Shown one piece after another: positions 10,536 to 21,103 of a stretch of 64,000 bases of DNA. A program made the position numbers and the translations under genes. The notes below the pieces were generated by a model. That model was not told the DNA's origin and made no database searches. It saw only the letters and a list, made by a program, of their open reading frames with translations. How positions within the stretch are numbered: position 1 is the stretch's first letter; each line of letters starts with the position of its first letter. The DNA is from an uncultured Gemmatimonadales bacterium. Its GTDB lineage: Bacteria > Gemmatimonadota > Gemmatimonadetes > Gemmatimonadales > GWC2-71-9. Where the stretch lies: the NCBI GenBank assembly GCA_963828735.1, contig CAWHFW010000005.1, positions 1,888,001 to 1,952,000 on the forward strand, given 5' to 3'.

Positions 10536-13460
10536 GTGACCAGTCCTCCCGCCGCGCTCGTCGAAGCCCTGCACGACCGCTACGTGATCGAGCGCACGCT
10601 CGGGCGCGGCGGCATGGCGACCGTCTATCTCGCGCGCGACGTGCGCCATGACCGATACGTCGCCCTCAAGGTGCTCCACGCGGAGCTCGGCCGTTCGCTC
10701 GGCCCCGAGCGCTTCCTCCGCGAGATCCGGCTGGCCGCGAGCCTGCAGCACACGCACATCCTCCCGGTCCACGAATCCGGCGAGACGGCGGGGCGGCTCT
10801 GGTTCACGATGCCCTATGTCGCGGGCGAGAGCCTGCGCGACCGGCTGCGGCGCGAGCGGCAGCTTCCGGTGGACGCCGCCGTGCGGATCGCGAGCCAGGT
10901 GGCGCGCGCGCTCGATCACGCGCACCGCCACGGAGTGATCCACCGGGACATCAAGCCGGAGAACATCCTCCTCACCGAGGACGGCGACACGCTCGTGGCC
11001 GACTTCGGCATCGGCCGCGCCACGGGCGTGCTCGGCGAGGACGATCGGATCACCGAGACCGGCGTGGTCGTGGGCACGCCGGCCTACATGAGCCCGGAGC
11101 AGGGCTCGGGCGAGCGCGAGCTGGACGGGCGCTCGGATCTCTACAGCCTGGGCTGCGTGCTCTACGAGATGCTGGCGGGCGAGCCCCCATTCACGGGGCC
11201 GACCGCCCAGGCGATGATCGCCAGGCGGCTCACCGAGACCGCGCGTCCGCTACACCTGGTGCGGGAGACCGTGTCGCCGGAGCTTGAGCACGCGGTGGAT
11301 CGCTCGCTGGCCCGGGCGCCAGCCGATCGGTTCGCCATCGGCGCCGAGATGGCGGAGGCGTTGTCGGCGGCTTCTCATGCGGGCGCCGCGCACTCCACCA
11401 CGCATGTCCCCTCTCCGGTCGGCTCGCGACGAGCACCGATACTGGTCGGGCTCGCGCTGCTCGCGGCGGCGGCCGTCGCGTTCGGCCTGCTTCGAAGCCG
11501 GGCGGGATCGCGGCCGATTCTCGCCGACACGCTCATCGCGGTGGCGCCGTTCGACGTGCTCGATCCAAAGCTCGCGCTCTGGCGGGAGGGACTGGTGGAT
11601 CTGCTCTCCCGCAACCTCGACGGCGCAGGGCCGCTCCGCACGGTCGCACCGACCACCGTCATTCGCCGCTGGACCGGCCGCGCCGATCCCGAGTCCGCCG
11701 GCGACCTCGGACGGCGCACCGGAGCCGGGCTCGCGCTCTACGGCTCCCTGCTGGGCGCCGGCCCGGACTCGATGCGGCTCCGCGCCACGCTCTACGACGT
11801 GGCAGCCGCACGTCCGATCCAGGAGTGGGAGCTGACCGACGTGGCGGACCGGGTGGACCGCGCGGCCGACTCGCTCACCATCCGCGTGCTCGAGGGGCTC
11901 GGCCGCACCCGCCCGATCGGCGCCGTGCGCCTGGTCGGCTTCGGCTCGACGTCGCTCCCCGCGCTCAAGGCCTTCCTCCAGGGAGAGCAGCTCCTCCGGC
12001 GGAGTGCCTGGGACTCGGCGCTGGTGTACTACCAGCGCGCCATCGAGCTCGACAGCACGTTCGCCCCCGCGTTCCGGCGCGCGAGCCTCGCGCTCGGCTG
12101 GATCCGCACCGGGACCGACTCACTGTCCACCACGTACGCCCAGCGCGCGGGCGAGCTCAACCACGGCCTGCCGACCCGGGACAGCCTGTACATCGCCACG
12201 GACTCGGTCATGGCATCGTTGCTGCACGCGGGCACGCTGGGCTCCGGGGCGGACAGCGGATACGGCCCGAGGCTCGATCGCCTGTTCCAGATGGCGGAAT
12301 ACGGGGTGGCTCGATATCCGGACGATGCGGAGGCCTGGCACCTGCTCGGCGAGGCGGAGGAGCACCTGGGTCCGATGGCCGGCCGTCCGGCGGACGGGGT
12401 AAGCCGCGCGTTCGATCGGGCGATCGCACTCGACTCATCGTTCGGCCCGTCCTACATCCATGCGATCGAGCTGGCCGCTATAGAGGGGCCGGAGCCGCGG
12501 CGGCGGTACATGCGTCCGTATCTGGCGCTGGCAGCCGGGAACGACCGCGCCGCGGACGGTGCGCGGCTGCTCGAGCTGCTCGTCGACTCGGCGACCCCGC
12601 CGGCGCGACGCACGGCGCTGTACCGGCGCACGTCGGACGAAGGGTTGTTCACCTGCTACTCCACGCTGAGCCGAATGCCGGACGGCGGCGAACAGGCCCT
12701 GGACCTCGCTCGGTACATCACGGCCCATCCGCTCAGCATTCCGCCGCTCGACACACCCGAGCGCGTTCGAGGCGTGGTCCCGCGGCAGTCCATGGTACGC
12801 GGCCGTCTTCGCGCCGGCGCCGCGGTGTTCTGGCCGCGCGATTCATTGCTCGTCGCGGAAGCAGCGCTTTTGGGGGCGATTCCGGCGGAGAGCGCCTCGG
12901 CCCACCTGAGCGAGCGCGCCCACAGCCGGCCGACATTCATCGACGTCGCCTGGCTTCCCTGGCTGGCGAGCCGTCACGACACCGTCGCGCTCACGGTGAT
13001 GGAGCGGCGCGCCGCCGAGGCTGCCCGGCGGACACCCGCGAGCGCGAGTCTTCCCACGCCCGACTATGTCGCTCGATCGGCGCACGCCTTCCTGGCGCTG
13101 GCGCGGCGGGATACGACCACGACCATCGAGCAGCTGCTCGCCCTGCCGCGGTCGGGATGTCCGGCCTGCTATCTGAATCAGCTCACGCTCGCCGAGCTTC
13201 TGATCGAGCGGCATCGCGACCAGGAGGCGTGGACGATCGTGCGCGCTAACTCGCCCACCGCCGCCGCTGGGGCCTTCCCGTCGGAGGTACTCTGGACGCT
13301 GCTGCGCGGCCGCGTGGCCGAGCGGATTGGCGAGCGGGACACCGCGATCAGGTCGTATGCCTGGGTGGCGGGAATGTGGCGGGACGCGGATCCGTCGCTG
13401 CAGCCATACGTCGTGGAGGCGCGCGAGGGGATGGCGCGGTTGACGAAGGAGCCGTCGTGA
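10536..13460 (+). CDS. Transmembrane Ser/Thr protein kinase with extracytoplasmic TPR region
   Basis: GRGGMATVY, VALK, HRDIKPEN, DFG, GTPAYMSPE, SDLYSLG; TM segment; TPR helices. Confidence 0.93.
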   Translation: MTSPPAALVEALHDRYVIERTLGRGGMATVYLARDVRHDRYVALKVLHAELGRSLGPERFLREIRLAASLQHTHILPVHESGETAGRLWFTMPYVAGESLRDRLRRERQLPVDAAVRIASQVARALDHAHRHGVIHRDIKPENILLTEDGDTLVADFGIGRATGVLGEDDRITETGVVVGTPAYMSPEQGSGERELDGRSDLYSLGCVLYEMLAGEPPFTGPTAQAMIARRLTETARPLHLVRETVSPELEHAVDRSLARAPADRFAIGAEMAEALSAASHAGAAHSTTHVPSPVGSRRAPILVGLALLAAAAVAFGLLRSRAGSRPILADTLIAVAPFDVLDPKLALWREGLVDLLSRNLDGAGPLRTVAPTTVIRRWTGRADPESAGDLGRRTGAGLALYGSLLGAGPDSMRLRATLYDVAAARPIQEWELTDVADRVDRAADSLTIRVLEGLGRTRPIGAVRLVGFGSTSLPALKAFLQGEQLLRRSAWDSALVYYQRAIELDSTFAPAFRRASLALGWIRTGTDSLSTTYAQRAGELNHGLPTRDSLYIATDSVMASLLHAGTLGSGADSGYGPRLDRLFQMAEYGVARYPDDAEAWHLLGEAEEHLGPMAGRPADGVSRAFDRAIALDSSFGPSYIHAIELAAIEGPEPRRRYMRPYLALAAGNDRAADGARLLELLVDSATPPARRTALYRRTSDEGLFTCYSTLSRMPDGGEQALDLARYITAHPLSIPPLDTPERVRGVVPRQSMVRGRLRAGAAVFWPRDSLLVAEAALLGAIPAESASAHLSERAHSRPTFIDVAWLPWLASRHDTVALTVMERRAAEAARRTPASASLPTPDYVARSAHAFLALARRDTTTTIEQLLALPRSGCPACYLNQLTLAELLIERHRDQEAWTIVRANSPTAAAGAFPSEVLWTLLRGRVAERIGERDTAIRSYAWVAGMWRDADPSLQPYVVEAREGMARLTKEPS

Positions 13461-13516
13461 GGAGTGCGGGGGCCGCGCTGTCGCCGGGACCGGAACGACA
13501 GCGCGAGCCTCCCGGC

Positions 13517-14932
13517 CTACGGAAAGATCCCCAGCTGCTCGTAGCTCAACGCCACCTTGTCGATCGCTACGATCATCGCCGCGGTGCGCATGTCCACCGT
13601 GCCCTTCCGCTCCTTCCATTCCTTCCGGATCCCGTGATACGCGCCGATCATGGTCTCCTCGAGTCCCGAGTTGACCAGGTCCTCCTCGCTCGCGCCGCGC
13701 GTCACCCGCTCGACTTCTTCGGCGGTGAACCGCCGTCCCGTCACGCCCTCCACCGCCTCAAGCAGCCGGCCGTAGGCCCCCTGCTCGAACCGCTTCTGCA
13801 TCCGGCCGAAGCGGACGTGGCCCAGATTCTTGACCCATTCGAAGTAGGAGACGGTGACCCCGCCCGCGTTGACGTAGGCGTCGGGGACCACGAGGATGCC
13901 GCGCTGCGTGAGGATCTCGTCGGCCTCGCTGGTAGTCGGGCCGTTCGCCGCCTCGACCACGATCTTGGCCTTCACGCGCGGGGCGTTCTCCGCGGTGATC
14001 TGCCGCTCGAGGGCAGCGGGGATGAGGATGTCGCAGTCGAGCTCGAGCGCGTCCTCCCGGCGCTTGAGATCGATCGCGCCAGGGAAGCCGAGCACGCTCC
14101 GCCGCTCTCGGCGATAGGCCATGACCTTCTCGAGGTCGAGCCCCTTGGGGTCGCCGATGGCGCCTTCCGTCTCCGCGAGCCCGACGATCAGCGCGCCGGC
14201 CTCGCGGAAAAACTTGGCGGCGAAGTATCCGACGTTGCCCAGACCCTGCACCACCACCCGTTTGCCCTCGAGGCCGGGTGTGAGGCCGAGCGCCTTCATG
14301 TCCTCGGCGACGCCGCAGAGCTCGCGCGTGCCGTAGAACACGCCGCGCCCCGTCGCCTCGGTGCGGCCGCGGATACCGCCGGCGCTCACCGGCTTGGCGG
14401 TGACGCAGCCGAGGGCGTCGAGCTCGCCCGGACGGAGCTGGGTGTACGTGTCCGCGATCCAGGCCATCTCGCGGCTGCTCGTCCCCACGTCGGGAGCCGG
14501 CACGTCGAGCCCGGGCCCCATGAAGTTCTTGCGCACCAGCTCGAACACGTAGCGCCGGGTGATCCGCTCCAGCTCGCCGACGGAGTACTTCTTGGGCTCG
14601 ATCCGAATGCCCCCCTTGGCGCCGCCGAACGGCACGTCCACCAGCGCGCACTTGTACGTCATCAGGGCGGCCAGCGCCTGCACCTCCTCCGCGTCCACCG
14701 CGAGCGCGTACCGGATGCCGCCCTTGCACGGCAGCTTGTGGTGGCTGTGCTCGGCGCGCCAGGCGTGCACCACCTCGATCGTGCCGTCGTCGCGTTTGAT
14801 GGGGAAGCTGGTGTAGAAGAGGTTCTTGCAGGCCTTGATGTTGGCGAGCAGGGTCGGCTGGTGGTGGGTGAAGCTCGCCGCCCGATCGAAGGACCGGTTG
14901 ACCTGGTCGAGGAAGCTGGAGCCCACGGACAT
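13517..14932 (-). CDS. gdhA: Glu/Leu/Phe/Val dehydrogenase (glutamate dehydrogenase)
   Basis: PCKGGIRY, MTYKCA, PFGGAKGG, DVPAPD, ATGRG, QGLGNVG, EAANGP, NAGGVTVSYFEW. Confidence 0.92.
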   Translation of the reverse strand: MSVGSSFLDQVNRSFDRAASFTHHQPTLLANIKACKNLFYTSFPIKRDDGTIEVVHAWRAEHSHHKLPCKGGIRYALAVDAEEVQALAALMTYKCALVDVPFGGAKGGIRIEPKKYSVGELERITRRYVFELVRKNFMGPGLDVPAPDVGTSSREMAWIADTYTQLRPGELDALGCVTAKPVSAGGIRGRTEATGRGVFYGTRELCGVAEDMKALGLTPGLEGKRVVVQGLGNVGYFAAKFFREAGALIVGLAETEGAIGDPKGLDLEKVMAYRRERRSVLGFPGAIDLKRREDALELDCDILIPAALERQITAENAPRVKAKIVVEAANGPTTSEADEILTQRGILVVPDAYVNAGGVTVSYFEWVKNLGHVRFGRMQKRFEQGAYGRLLEAVEGVTGRRFTAEEVERVTRGASEEDLVNSGLEETMIGAYHGIRKEWKERKGTVDMRTAAMIVAIDKVALSYEQLGIFP

Positions 14933-15261
14933 GGGCGTCTCCTGTGGGAGCCGGAAAGAGGGGTTGGATCAGTGATACCAGTCCCGGAGGGGTCGCGCCA
15001 GGGCGGACCTCCGATATCGCCTCCACGCGCGACGGCGTCTTTTCCGCCGGACGGTGGAAAGTCACCCATCGGGCGTAACCTATGGAGAGGGCGTGCCTTC
15101 AGGCCCGCGGCTCGTCGGGTCGAGACGAGGCCAAGAGGATGCGAGGCGCGAACACGGGATATGCCGGACGCCAAGGCCTCCGGGACGATTTGTCTCCCGC
15201 GGTGCCCCGTCCGTCGCCCGCCGCTTACCTGCCGCCGGGACGGTGGTATTTTACGTGTCCC

Positions 15262-15975
15262 ATGCAGACCTCTCAGGGCGTCCGGCCCCTCCGACTGACC
15301 CTCGCGCTCCGCCTGGCATCTCTGGCCCTCGCCGGGACCTTCGCCGCCTGTGGCGGCTCCGCCCAGCATGAGACGGCCGCCGCCCCGTCGCCCCAGCCGC
15401 CCGCCAACGCCGAAGAGCTCGCGGCGATCGCCCGGGCCCGGGCCGACAGCGCGCGCCTGCCCTCCACCGAGGCCGACGCGCAGTTCATGACCGGCATGAT
15501 CAACCACCACGCGCAGGCGATCGTCATGGCCGGCTGGGCGCCGAGCCACGAAGCCAGCCCGTCCATCCAGACGCTGTGCGCCCGGATCATCAACGCGCAG
15601 CGCGACGAGATCGCCACGATGCAGACGTGGCTGCGCGATCGCGGGCGCCCGGTGCCGGAGCCGGTGCCCGGCCCGATGAAGATGAAGATGAACGGCATGG
15701 AGCATGAGATGCTCATGCCGGGCATGCTGACCGAAGAGCAGATGCACCAGCTCGATCAGGCGCGCGGCGAGGAGTTCGACCGGCTGTTCCTCACCTTCAT
15801 GATCCAGCACCACAAGGGCGCCGTGTCCATGGTGAAGGATCTGTTCGGCTCGTACGGGTCCGCGCAGGACGAGACCGTGTTCAAGTTCGCCAACGACGTC
15901 AGCGTCGATCAGTCCACCGAGATTGCCCGGATGGAGAAGATGCTGGCGGCCCTTCCGCCTTCCCAGCCCTCGTGA
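15262..15975 (+). CDS. DUF305 (ferritin-like) lipoprotein
   Basis: Lipobox FAAC; ADAQFMTGMINHHAQA and FLTFMIQHHKGA double-His motifs; Met-rich linker. Confidence 0.88.
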   Translation: MQTSQGVRPLRLTLALRLASLALAGTFAACGGSAQHETAAAPSPQPPANAEELAAIARARADSARLPSTEADAQFMTGMINHHAQAIVMAGWAPSHEASPSIQTLCARIINAQRDEIATMQTWLRDRGRPVPEPVPGPMKMKMNGMEHEMLMPGMLTEEQMHQLDQARGEEFDRLFLTFMIQHHKGAVSMVKDLFGSYGSAQDETVFKFANDVSVDQSTEIARMEKMLAALPPSQPS

Positions 15976-15992
15976 CCTCCAAGGAACCCGTC

Positions 15993-17945
15993 ATGGCTCT
16001 CGCGTCGCTCCGATCCCTGTCGCTCATGCTCGGCCTCGCGGCCGTGTCGGCCTGCGCTCACTCGACCTCGAGCACGGGCAACATGTCCGCCACCCCGCCG
16101 AGTCCCGATCCGCGCGTGGGCCTCAAGGCCGGCCTCTTCGACGCGCAGGAAGCCACCTGGAACCTGCGCGTGCTGTCGAAGACGCCGCCGTCGGAGAAGT
16201 TTCTCGGCATCACGAATTCCGACCTGAGCTTCACCGGCAAGTACGCCATCCAGGGCAGCTACAACGGGTACCAGGTCTGGGACATCACGGATCCGGGCAA
16301 GCCGCGACTCGAGACCGCCTACGTCTGCCCCGCGTCGCAGAGCGACGTGTCGGCGTACAAGAACCTGCTTTTCGTCTCCGGCGAGGGCCTGAGCGGCCGG
16401 CTCGACTGCGGCACGGAAGGCGTGCCCGACACGGTCAGCAAGGATCGCCTGCGCGGGCTTCGCATCTTCGATATCAGCGACATCGCGCATCCCAAGAACG
16501 TCGGCAACGTACAGACCTGCCGGGGCTCGCACACGCACTCGGTACTGGTGGACCCCAAGGACACCGAGAACGTGTACGTGTACATCTCGGGGTCGTCGAA
16601 CGTCCGTTCGCCGAGCGAGCTGGCCGGCTGTGTAAGCGCCGCGCCGGATCAGGACTCGGCGTCGGCGCTGTTCCGGATCGAAGTCATCAAGGTTCCGCTG
16701 GCGCATCCGGAGCAGGCCGCCATCGTGAGCTCGCCGCGCATCTTCCAGGACCTGGCGGCGCCGCCCAAGCACGGCGAGGCGGCGGAGGACATGGCGAAGA
16801 TCAAGGACGCGGAGGCCAAGGGCGCCTTCGTGGCCTCGTTCATGGGCATGCATCAGATCCTGAGCAAGGAGGACGGGGATTCGCTGGTGGCGATGGTGAT
16901 GAAGAGCCGCGACCGGACCGGCACGCCGACCGCGGAGGACAGCGCGGCAGCCCGTGAGGCGCTCCCCGGCATCGTGGCCAAGATGGTTGGTCCGTCGAAT
17001 ACCGGGCCGACCCAGTGTCACGACATCACCCTGTATCCGGCGATCGGCCTGGCCGGTGGTGCGTGCGGCGGCTACGGCCTGCTGCTCGACATCAGCGATC
17101 CGGTGAACCCCAAGCGGATCGGGGCCGTGTCCGACTCGAACTTCTCCTACTGGCACTCGGCGACGTTCAACAACGACGGCACCAAGCTGCTGTTCTCGGA
17201 CGAGTGGGGCGGCGGCGGCCAGCCGAAGTGCCGGGCCACCGATCCCAAGGAGTGGGGCGCCGACGCCATCTTCACGCTCGCCGACCGGAAGATGACCTTC
17301 CAGAGCTACTACAAGATGCTCGCGCCCCAGACGCAGCAGGAGAACTGCGTCGCTCACAACGGCTCGCTGATCCCCATCCCCGGCCGCGACGTGATGGTGC
17401 AGGCGTGGTATCAGGGCGGCATCTCGGTCTTCGACTGGACCGACGCGGCGCACCCGAAGGAGATCGCCTTCTTCGACCGCGGCCCCGTGGACTCGACCAA
17501 GATGGCCAGCGGCGGCTCGTGGTCCATCTACTGGTACAACGGCGTGATGGTGAGCTCGGAGATCTCTCGCGGGCTCGACATCTTCGAGCTCACGCCGAGC
17601 GCGTTCATCTCGCAGAACGAGATCGACGCGGCCAAGAGCGTCCACTACGATTACCTGAACGTGCAGGGGCAGAACAAGATCGTGTGGCCCGCGACCTTCG
17701 CGCTGGCACGGGCGTACCTGGACCAGCTCGAGCGGGAGAAGGGTCTGGACGAGGGCCACATCTCGTCGGCGCGGAAGGCGCTGGCCGATGCGGAGAAGGC
17801 CTCGGACACCAAGCGGCAGGACGAACTGTCCGCCCTCGCCTCGGAGCTGGATGGGGAAGCCAAGAGCGCGAGTGACCCGACCAAGGTGCAGGCGGCCGCC
17901 GGCGCCGTGCGCGGCCTCGCCTCCGAAAAGACCGCGATGCGGTAG
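15993..17945 (+). CDS. LVIVD-repeat lipoprotein (usual DUF305 partner)
   Basis: Lipobox VSAC; NSDLSF, QTCRGSHTH, QCHDIT, YWHSATF, NCVAHNG; alternative start 15972 overlaps DUF305 stop. Confidence 0.82.
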   Translation: MALASLRSLSLMLGLAAVSACAHSTSSTGNMSATPPSPDPRVGLKAGLFDAQEATWNLRVLSKTPPSEKFLGITNSDLSFTGKYAIQGSYNGYQVWDITDPGKPRLETAYVCPASQSDVSAYKNLLFVSGEGLSGRLDCGTEGVPDTVSKDRLRGLRIFDISDIAHPKNVGNVQTCRGSHTHSVLVDPKDTENVYVYISGSSNVRSPSELAGCVSAAPDQDSASALFRIEVIKVPLAHPEQAAIVSSPRIFQDLAAPPKHGEAAEDMAKIKDAEAKGAFVASFMGMHQILSKEDGDSLVAMVMKSRDRTGTPTAEDSAAAREALPGIVAKMVGPSNTGPTQCHDITLYPAIGLAGGACGGYGLLLDISDPVNPKRIGAVSDSNFSYWHSATFNNDGTKLLFSDEWGGGGQPKCRATDPKEWGADAIFTLADRKMTFQSYYKMLAPQTQQENCVAHNGSLIPIPGRDVMVQAWYQGGISVFDWTDAAHPKEIAFFDRGPVDSTKMASGGSWSIYWYNGVMVSSEISRGLDIFELTPSAFISQNEIDAAKSVHYDYLNVQGQNKIVWPATFALARAYLDQLEREKGLDEGHISSARKALADAEKASDTKRQDELSALASELDGEAKSASDPTKVQAAAGAVRGLASEKTAMR

Positions 17946-17958
17946 GGCATCGGTGACA

Positions 17959-18001
17959 GGACCCCGGTCGGCCAAAGGGCCGGCCGGGGTCCTTGTCGTT
18001 T
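17959..18001 (+). terminator. Rho-independent terminator
   Basis: GGACCCCGGTCGGCC-AAAG-GGCCGGCCGGGGTCC hairpin followed by TTGTCGTTT. Confidence 0.7.
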
Positions 18002-18025
18002 GGAGCCCAGATGACATCCGCACAT

Positions 18026-18083
18026 GATACCTTGACATCTAGGTATCGGCGCCCCACACTAGAGGCAGGCATAGACCTCTAGG
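18026..18083 (+). promoter_or_regulatory. Sigma-70-type promoter overlapped by two palindromic PadR operator candidates
   Basis: TTGACA (18032-37), 17 nt, CACACT (18055-60); CCTTGACATCTAGG (18030-43) and CATAGACCTCTAGG (18070-83). Confidence 0.6.
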
Positions 18084-18091
18084 TGGAGCCC

Positions 18092-18424
18092 ATGTCCGTC
18101 CCCGCGAAAGACCGCCTCCACGGCACGCTCGACGCTCTCATCCTCAAGACCCTCACCTGGGGCCCGCGCCACGGCTACGCCGTCTCGCGCTGGCTCCGGG
18201 ACACGAGCGGCGACGCGATCCAGGTCGAGGAGGGCTCGCTCTATCCCGCGCTCTACCGCATGGAGCGGCAGGGATGGATCGAGGCGGAATGGGGGACGTC
18301 GGAGCTGGGCCGCAAGGCGAGGTTCTACCGGCTGACGGGCAAGGGCCGGAAGCAGCTCGCGGCGGAGACCGAGCGGTTCGCCCAGTTCGTGGCGGCGGTC
18401 TCGCCCATTCTGCTGCCGGGCTGA
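18092..18424 (+). CDS. PadR family transcriptional regulator (acidobacterial type)
   Basis: GTLDALILKTL..GPRHGYAV, EEGSLYPALYRME, ARFYRLT. Confidence 0.93.
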   Translation: MSVPAKDRLHGTLDALILKTLTWGPRHGYAVSRWLRDTSGDAIQVEEGSLYPALYRMERQGWIEAEWGTSELGRKARFYRLTGKGRKQLAAETERFAQFVAAVSPILLPG

Positions 18425-18427
18425 CCG

Positions 18428-21097
18428 ATGGCCGCCGTCGGTCGGGTCGGTCGCCAGCTCCGCTCGCTTATCTGGCGGGACAGCGTCGCCGATGAGGTGG
18501 ATGCCGAGCTCGACTTCCACCTCGAGATGGTCACGCGCGAGCTGACTGAACGGGGTATGGCCCCCGAGGAGGCCCGCGCGGAGGCGCTGCGCCGCTTCGG
18601 CGATCTGGCAGCGGTCAGCGCCTCGTGCCGCAGGATCGGCCTCGATCGCGAACGCGCGGAGCGCCGCACCGAGTATCTCGCCGAGCTGCGTCAGGATGCG
18701 GGTCACGCCCTGCGGCAGCTCCGCCGCGCGCCCGGGTTCACGGCCGTCGCCCTGCTCACCCTCGTCCTCGCGATCGGCGTCAACACATCGATCTTCAGCG
18801 CGGTGAGCGCGGTGCTGTTACGCCCGCTGCCGTACCCCAACGCGGGCCGCCTCGCGGTCCTGTGGTCGTCATCGCCGTCGCTCGGCGACCAGCGCCGGGT
18901 TCTCGTCGCCTATCCCGACCTGGTCGAATGGCGGGCGCGCAACCGGACCTTCCAGGATCTGGGGTTCGCCCGGACACAGAGCGTCAACCTGACCGGCACC
19001 GAGCAGCCCGACCGCCTGGTCGGTTGCTTCGTCACCGCGAACACGCTGCGCCTGCTCGGCGCCCGCGCGGCGCTCGGCCGCCTGTTCACCGACGCCGAGA
19101 CCGCCGAGGGCACGAGCCAGCGAGTCGCGGTGCTCTCGCACGCCGCCTGGACCTCGCGCTACGGGGCGGATTCCGGCATCCTCGGGCGCACCATCGTGCT
19201 CAACGGGCTGCCGCACGTGATCGTCGGCGTCACCGCGGCGGACTACCAGGATCCGTTCGGGCCCCCCGAGGTGTGGCTTCCGGTCACCTCGCCGCCCAAC
19301 CAGAGCTGGCTCACGCGGCAGAATCCGTCCTTCTGGGCGATCGGGCTGCTCAAGCCGGGCGTCACGCCCGCGCAGGCGTCGGCCGACCTGGCCGGCATCG
19401 CGAAAGCGCTCGCGGCGGAATATCCGGCCAGCAACGCCGGTGTGGACGCGTCCCTGGTGATGCTCCGCGATTACCTCGTGGGCGATGTTCGTGCCGGCCT
19501 GCTGATCCTGCTCGGCTTCGTGGCGTTGATCCTGCTGATCGCCTGTGCCAACATCGCCAACCTCCAGCTCGCGCGGGCGACGGCGCGGCGGCGGGAGATC
19601 TCGCTCCGGGCGGCGCTCGGGGCGGGCCGGCCGCGCCTGGTGCGCCAACTCCTCACCGAAAGCGTCGTGCTCGCGCTGATCGGCGGCGCCGCCGGCGTGC
19701 TCGTCGCGCACTGGGCGATCGCCGCGCTGGTGGCGGCCGTACCCGGCGGGCTCCCCGTCTTCGGCCCCGTCGGGCTCGACCGGCGGGTGCTGCTCTTCTC
19801 GGTCGCCATCACCGTCGCGGCCGGTCTGCTGTTCGGCGCGGTGCCCGCCCGCTACGCGACGCGAGCCGACCTGGCCGACGCGCTCCAGAACCGCTCCGGT
19901 GACGGCAGCGCCGGCGGGCGCGGCGACGTGCGCAACACGTTCGTCGCGATTCAGCTGGCGCTCTGCATCGTGCTGCTGGTGGGCGCGGCCCTGCTCACGA
20001 GGAGCTTCGCGCGATTGCAACAGGAGAAGATGGGATTCGAGCCCGAGCACCTGATCACCGCCGAATTCCGGCTCCCGGCCACCAAGTACACCAACGACAC
20101 CGTGATCGCTCAGTTCGCCGACCAGGCCCTCGAGCGGATCCGGGCCGTGCCCGGCGTGCGGTCGGCGGCGCTCGTCGGCTCGGTGCCGCTGAGCGGCAAC
20201 TGGGGCACGACGAACTACCTGCCCGACGGACGCACTCCGCCGGCGGACGGCGCGCTGCCGACCACGCAGATCAACGCCGTGACCGACGGCTACTTCGGCA
20301 CGATGCGCATCGCGTTGCTCGAGGGCCGCGACTTCTCGCCGGCCGACCGTATGGGCGCCGAGCCGGTGGCCATCGTAAATCGGGAGCTGGCCCAGCGGGC
20401 CTGGCCGGGCGAGTCGGCGATCGGCAAGCGGATGAAGATCGTCGGGCCGCCCGATGTCGTGGCGACGGTGGTCGGCGTCGTGGGTACCATCAAGCAGTTC
20501 ACCATGACCGAGCCCGCGGAGGCCCAGCTCTACGTCGCGAAGGCGCAGAACCCCGGGATCTTCTCGAGCGTGGCGGCCCGGACGGTAGGCGATCCCGACG
20601 CACTCGGCGACGAGGTGCGTGCCGCGATCTGGTCGGTGGACCGCGACCAGCCGGTCTGGAAGATCCGCTCCATGCATTCCCTGGTCGAACGCGACATGGC
20701 GCCGCACCGATTCACCGCCATTCTGACCGGCGCGTTTTCGCTGCTCGCGCTCCTGCTCGCGCTGATCGGCGTGTACGGCGTGATGTCGTATGCGGTGGCG
20801 CAGCGGACGCGGGAGATCGGGATCCGCATCGCGCTCGGCGCGGCGCGAGGTGAGGTCGTGCGCATGGTGCTGTGGCGCGGGCTTCGCATCGTCGGGATCG
20901 CGACCGCCCTCGGCCTGTGCGCGGCGTACGGTGCGGCGCGGCTGATCGAGCGGCAGCTCTTCAACGTATCGCCCACGGATGTGGTGACGTTCGTGGGCGC
21001 GCCGGCGGTGCTCGCGGTGGTGGCGGCGCTCGCGTGCTGGGTGCCCGCGAGGCGAGCCGCACGCGTGGATCCGGCCGTCGCGCTCCAGAGCGAGTAG
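18428..21097 (+). CDS. ADOP-type duplicated MacB/FtsX ABC permease (no adjacent ATPase)
   Basis: DEVDAELDFHLEM prefix, LRRAPGFTAVALLTL, LLIACANIANLQLAR, QRTREIGIRIALGA, PARRAARVDP. Confidence 0.93.
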   Translation: MAAVGRVGRQLRSLIWRDSVADEVDAELDFHLEMVTRELTERGMAPEEARAEALRRFGDLAAVSASCRRIGLDRERAERRTEYLAELRQDAGHALRQLRRAPGFTAVALLTLVLAIGVNTSIFSAVSAVLLRPLPYPNAGRLAVLWSSSPSLGDQRRVLVAYPDLVEWRARNRTFQDLGFARTQSVNLTGTEQPDRLVGCFVTANTLRLLGARAALGRLFTDAETAEGTSQRVAVLSHAAWTSRYGADSGILGRTIVLNGLPHVIVGVTAADYQDPFGPPEVWLPVTSPPNQSWLTRQNPSFWAIGLLKPGVTPAQASADLAGIAKALAAEYPASNAGVDASLVMLRDYLVGDVRAGLLILLGFVALILLIACANIANLQLARATARRREISLRAALGAGRPRLVRQLLTESVVLALIGGAAGVLVAHWAIAALVAAVPGGLPVFGPVGLDRRVLLFSVAITVAAGLLFGAVPARYATRADLADALQNRSGDGSAGGRGDVRNTFVAIQLALCIVLLVGAALLTRSFARLQQEKMGFEPEHLITAEFRLPATKYTNDTVIAQFADQALERIRAVPGVRSAALVGSVPLSGNWGTTNYLPDGRTPPADGALPTTQINAVTDGYFGTMRIALLEGRDFSPADRMGAEPVAIVNRELAQRAWPGESAIGKRMKIVGPPDVVATVVGVVGTIKQFTMTEPAEAQLYVAKAQNPGIFSSVAARTVGDPDALGDEVRAAIWSVDRDQPVWKIRSMHSLVERDMAPHRFTAILTGAFSLLALLLALIGVYGVMSYAVAQRTREIGIRIALGAARGEVVRMVLWRGLRIVGIATALGLCAAYGAARLIERQLFNVSPTDVVTFVGAPAVLAVVAALACWVPARRAARVDPAVALQSE

Positions 21098-21103
21098 TGC
21101 CCT

